From Chthoniobacter flavus (GTDB lineage: Bacteria > Verrucomicrobiota > Verrucomicrobiia > Chthoniobacterales > JACTMZ01): a DNA stretch of 64,000 nt. A program made the position numbers and the translations under genes. This document shows positions 61,229 to 64,000 of the stretch, piece by piece. The DNA lies in contig CAMBUL010000001.1 of NCBI GenBank assembly GCA_945871065.1, positions 41,666-105,665 of the forward strand. The letters run 5' to 3'. How positions within the stretch are numbered: the stretch's first letter is position 1; each line of letters opens with the position of its first letter. The notes beneath the pieces were generated by a model, which saw nothing but the letters and a program-made list of their open reading frames with translations, was not told the origin of the DNA and ran no database searches.

Positions 61229-61381
61229 ATGTGGCGTCACGTCAAAAATTTCCTGCTTTTCCTGCGCGAAGAGAAAGCATGGTGGCTGGTTCCGCTCATC
61301 GTCATCCTCGCTCTTCTCGCGGCAGTGCTTTTATTCAATGGCAGTGCGGTGCTCGCGCCTTTTATGTATCCGGTCCTTTGA
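61229..61381 (+). CDS. DUF5989-like 50-aa membrane protein (below the ORF-track size cutoff)
   Basis: ATG...TGA of 51 codons. 'MWRHVKNFLLFLREEKAWWLVPLIVILALLAAVLLFNGSAVLAPFMYPVL' matches the remembered family pattern (basic patch, WWL-P-I, GSA-x-APF-x-Y). Confidence 0.6.
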   Translation: MWRHVKNFLLFLREEKAWWLVPLIVILALLAAVLLFNGSAVLAPFMYPVL

Positions 61382-61483
61382 CTCCTCTCGCCAGCGGGGC
61401 GAACTACCGCCCGGAAAATCCGGGTGTCACCGTGGTTTCTCTTAGGTAGCAGGCGCATCCAAGTAGGAGGCGGTAGAATGACT

Positions 61484-63343
61484 TCAACGGATGTTAGCAA
61501 GCTCTTGGCGGGCAATGGTCAAATCCGGGCTGATCCGCAGGGCGCGTTGGAGGTAGCTGGCAGCCTCGGACCTTCTTCCCAATCTGGCCATGACCGAGCC
61601 GACGAAATAATGCGGCCAAGCGGCATGCGGCAGGAGTTCGCAAACCAATATCCCCTGATTGACCGCTTCCGACAGGCGTCCGGCCCGCTCGAGGAACTGG
61701 GCATAATTCCACCTCAGCAAGGTGTCGTCGGGCTGGCCTTCCAGTGCCGCTTCATACATTTGTTCATCGCGGAAGGGAGACAAGGGGGTTGTCCGGGAAT
61801 CTGCTTCTTTCACACGGTCCTTGCAGTATTGCAGGTTGTCGGGGTGGCTGGATTGTGAGTTGAAGGGTGCAGCGGAAATCCGTCCGAGCGCAACTTCCCA
61901 AACCCGTTTTTGATCCCAGCTGGTCGCAGCCACGCGCCGCTGGCAAGCCTCGGATTCGACTTCGGTCGGCAGCGGGCCGCCCTGGCTGGTGATCGCCGCC
62001 GGGAGCTGTCCTTCCACTTTCTCGGCCAGGATGCGGGCGAGCAGTTCGTTTCCGGCCATGGTGAAATGGACATGTTCGTAAAACAGCTCTTTGCCTGGAA
62101 TCCCATCGGGCGTTTGCTTGGAGAGTTCCTGCGTGGCGTCCACCCCGGCCACCGATGCGCCGGCCTCCTCGATCATCCGGTTGATCCGGGTATCGGCTCG
62201 GACGGGGAGGGCGTCGCAATCGCGCGCCCGCTCGAAGGAGGTCCGCGCTGCACTGCGGTCGTTCAAGGCGAGTTGACAGGTGCCGATGCGAAATTGCAAC
62301 TCAGCGAAATCGGAATCGATGGCGGCCGCTTTCGCGTAAACCTCGAGGGCAGCCTGGAACGAACCAGCGGCTTCGAGGGACAGACCCTGCTGGAACAGGT
62401 CTTCCCACTCGGCCAGCTGCGACGGTTCCAGTCCAACCTTGTGCAGTGAGGAAAACGGCGAGCAATCCCTCAGGTTGACCGCCACCGTGCTGAGAATGAC
62501 CGGGACATCGGCATTTTTCCCGGCTTCGAGAATGTCATCAAGGTTGCCCTTGAAGTTTTCATAGGTCCGCAGTCTTTTCGGGTCGTCGTAACGCAGTTGG
62601 TTTTTGCTAAACATGTTGATGCCGTCCCACGATTCCGGAGCCGGGGATCCTCCGCGGACGCTGGTGATCAGCTGATCCATAAGCTGTCCCACTCGGGTCG
62701 TCTTGAGTGCCAGAACGGTTCTGACAAAGCCAAGGCCCGGCGCTTTTTCTCCAAACACTGTGCTTGCTCCGTAAGGGCCGATCATTTCGTTGTTCCCCAT
62801 GTAAACAATCCACATGTCCCCGTCGTGCTTGGCGCATTCCTCGGCGATGGGGAGAAGCACGTGGGAGTTGATTGCGGTGATGGCGACGCAGACCACCTCG
62901 AAATCGGTGGAAGGATACCGGGTCTCCAAGAGGGCCTCCAAATAGCGACCTACCCCAAAGGAAGGATCCGGGTCTCCGTAGGCGGCGGACTCGCCGAGCA
63001 GGAAAATCCGGTAGGTCCCCGCCGGCTTGTGCGCAGCCATCCTGCCGGACAGCGGGGCGCGGGCCAGGGCCGGGGGGAAGAACCGGTGGGGGAACTTTTC
63101 GTTGGGAATGAGAAATTCCTCGCCGCCGATGGTGCGGGGGAGAAACAAGCGGGTCGAGTAGCCGTAGCCCGCCAACCGCAAGCCCAGCTCCAGTCCGCCG
63201 AAAATCATGAGCGGTACCAAAGTGGCGGCAGCCAGTCGCATCCACCGGCGGCGGCAGGGGCTGGCCGGTTGCTCCCGGACGCCACTTGTCTTGGCCGCTC
63301 CGGGCGCCTTCCCCGCCCGTCGTTGCTTCGGTTTCTTTTTCAC
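61484..63343 (-). CDS. Membrane-anchored SGNH/GDSL-like hydrolase domain fused to TPR repeats
   Basis: TM 'LAAATLVPLMIFGGLELGL', 'YRIFLLGESAAYG', and C-terminal TPR ('AGSFQAALEVYAKAAAIDSDFAELQFRIG', 'GRRSEAASYLQRALRISPD'). Confidence 0.6.
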   Translation of the reverse strand: MKKKPKQRRAGKAPGAAKTSGVREQPASPCRRRWMRLAAATLVPLMIFGGLELGLRLAGYGYSTRLFLPRTIGGEEFLIPNEKFPHRFFPPALARAPLSGRMAAHKPAGTYRIFLLGESAAYGDPDPSFGVGRYLEALLETRYPSTDFEVVCVAITAINSHVLLPIAEECAKHDGDMWIVYMGNNEMIGPYGASTVFGEKAPGLGFVRTVLALKTTRVGQLMDQLITSVRGGSPAPESWDGINMFSKNQLRYDDPKRLRTYENFKGNLDDILEAGKNADVPVILSTVAVNLRDCSPFSSLHKVGLEPSQLAEWEDLFQQGLSLEAAGSFQAALEVYAKAAAIDSDFAELQFRIGTCQLALNDRSAARTSFERARDCDALPVRADTRINRMIEEAGASVAGVDATQELSKQTPDGIPGKELFYEHVHFTMAGNELLARILAEKVEGQLPAAITSQGGPLPTEVESEACQRRVAATSWDQKRVWEVALGRISAAPFNSQSSHPDNLQYCKDRVKEADSRTTPLSPFRDEQMYEAALEGQPDDTLLRWNYAQFLERAGRLSEAVNQGILVCELLPHAAWPHYFVGSVMARLGRRSEAASYLQRALRISPDLTIARQELANIR

Positions 63344-63669
63344 GCGGTCGAACCTCGGTGATCTTGTTTCTCTTCCCCTTTGCGCCAGGCCCCCCGAAAA
63401 ACAGCATCCCCTCGAGGGTGATCAGCACGATGAAAGGCGGCAACCATGGGGAGATCTTGCCCCGAAACGGGCAGAGTTTGGGGACCGAAACGCTTTATTC
63501 TGTCTCTGGAGCCGACCCGATGGCAAGAGTCTGTTCTCGGACTCCGTGGGACGCGAAGGGCCAAACCTTCCCCGCTCCCGCCGGGTCGGAGAAGCGGCCG
63601 GACAGCGCGGCTGCAATGTCCGTTTTCTGCTGTGCAAGGTGCGCCGGAGGCGGTTTCATTGGTGCTGTC

Positions 63670-64000
63670 ATGCTGATGTCACGCTTCCGCTTGCTCTTGC
63701 TGCTCGGACTGCTTCCTTTGCTCCTTACGGGTTGTCCGAAAAAAGAGAAGCCCGCGATGCCGGAACTTACTGTGCCGGTGACCGCTCCGCTCCAGCAAAA
63801 AGTTCCCGTCATTCGCGAATGGGTCGGCATGCTTTCCGGCTTGGTCAATGCCAACATCGTGGCCCAAGTAAGCGGCTATCTTGTTTCGCAAAATTACGAA
63901 AACGGGTCGCTGGTCAAAAAAGGCCAACTTCTTTTCCAAATCGACCCTCGGCCCTTTAAAGCCGTCCTCGACCAGTCCACCGGCCAACTCGAGGAGGCCA
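63670..64000 (+). CDS. RND efflux periplasmic adaptor (membrane fusion protein) lipoprotein, 5' fragment running off the window
   Basis: My own translation gives 'MLMSRFRLLLLLGLLPLLLTGC...VAQVSGYLVSQNYENGSLVKKGQLLFQIDPRPFKAVLDQSTGQLEEA'. It has a lipobox and the MFP lipoyl-like hairpin motif. Not in the ORF track because no stop is reached. Confidence 0.75.
   Translation, partial: MLMSRFRLLLLLGLLPLLLTGCPKKEKPAMPELTVPVTAPLQQKVPVIREWVGMLSGLVNANIVAQVSGYLVSQNYENGSLVKKGQLLFQIDPRPFKAVLDQSTGQLEEA

Noticed and set aside
63458-63492. CCGAAACG repeated 23 nt apart, with the first copy in a 5-bp hairpin, upstream of the RND adaptor gene. Considered as a small riboswitch (mini-ykkC-like).
   Set aside because: The loops do not show the conserved ACGR pattern in two matching hairpins, and the stems are too short. 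No known family fits by eye.

Overview
High-GC bacterial chromosomal segment. Protein signatures such as exosortase/EpsI, prepilin-type proteins and SD-poor leaders suggest a PVC-group (Verrucomicrobiota-like) organism, but that is inference only. About 70 genes are supportable and most are housekeeping: ftsK 3' end, rimO, pheA, scpAB, hpf, tRNA-Arg(CCG), pdhABC with a displaced lpd, mutM, cdd, mnmG, gabT, ispD, cyoABCD, a Fur-family regulator with znuACB, and thiD. Also present are a six-gene exosortase/EpsI glycosyltransferase operon, an ECF sigma/anti-sigma module and two Phd-VapC pairs. The most unusual signal is at 31.6-35.9 kb. One uninterrupted 1,392-codon ORF joins a Pol IV (DinB) module with an intact active site to a DnaE2/ImuC-type polymerase, and it is divergently paired with a VapBC module. 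Its inter-domain linker is built from a 7-nt-periodic repeat (TG-N3-AG units). That repeat recurs in intergenic leaders elsewhere in the window: flanking mutM, in both pdh spacers, and once more in frame inside the DnaE2 module. Other items worth a second look: a decayed integration remnant beside tRNA-Arg, an AT-rich islet at 15.0-15.5 kb, two homopolymer frameshifts (a PQQ-sugar dehydrogenase and a prepilin-like gene), a 50-codon DUF5989-like ORF missing from the ORF track, and an S41-like protein that lacks the Ser/Lys dyad. All calls come from reading the sequence and translations by eye. No searches or statistics were run, and the composition statements are qualitative.
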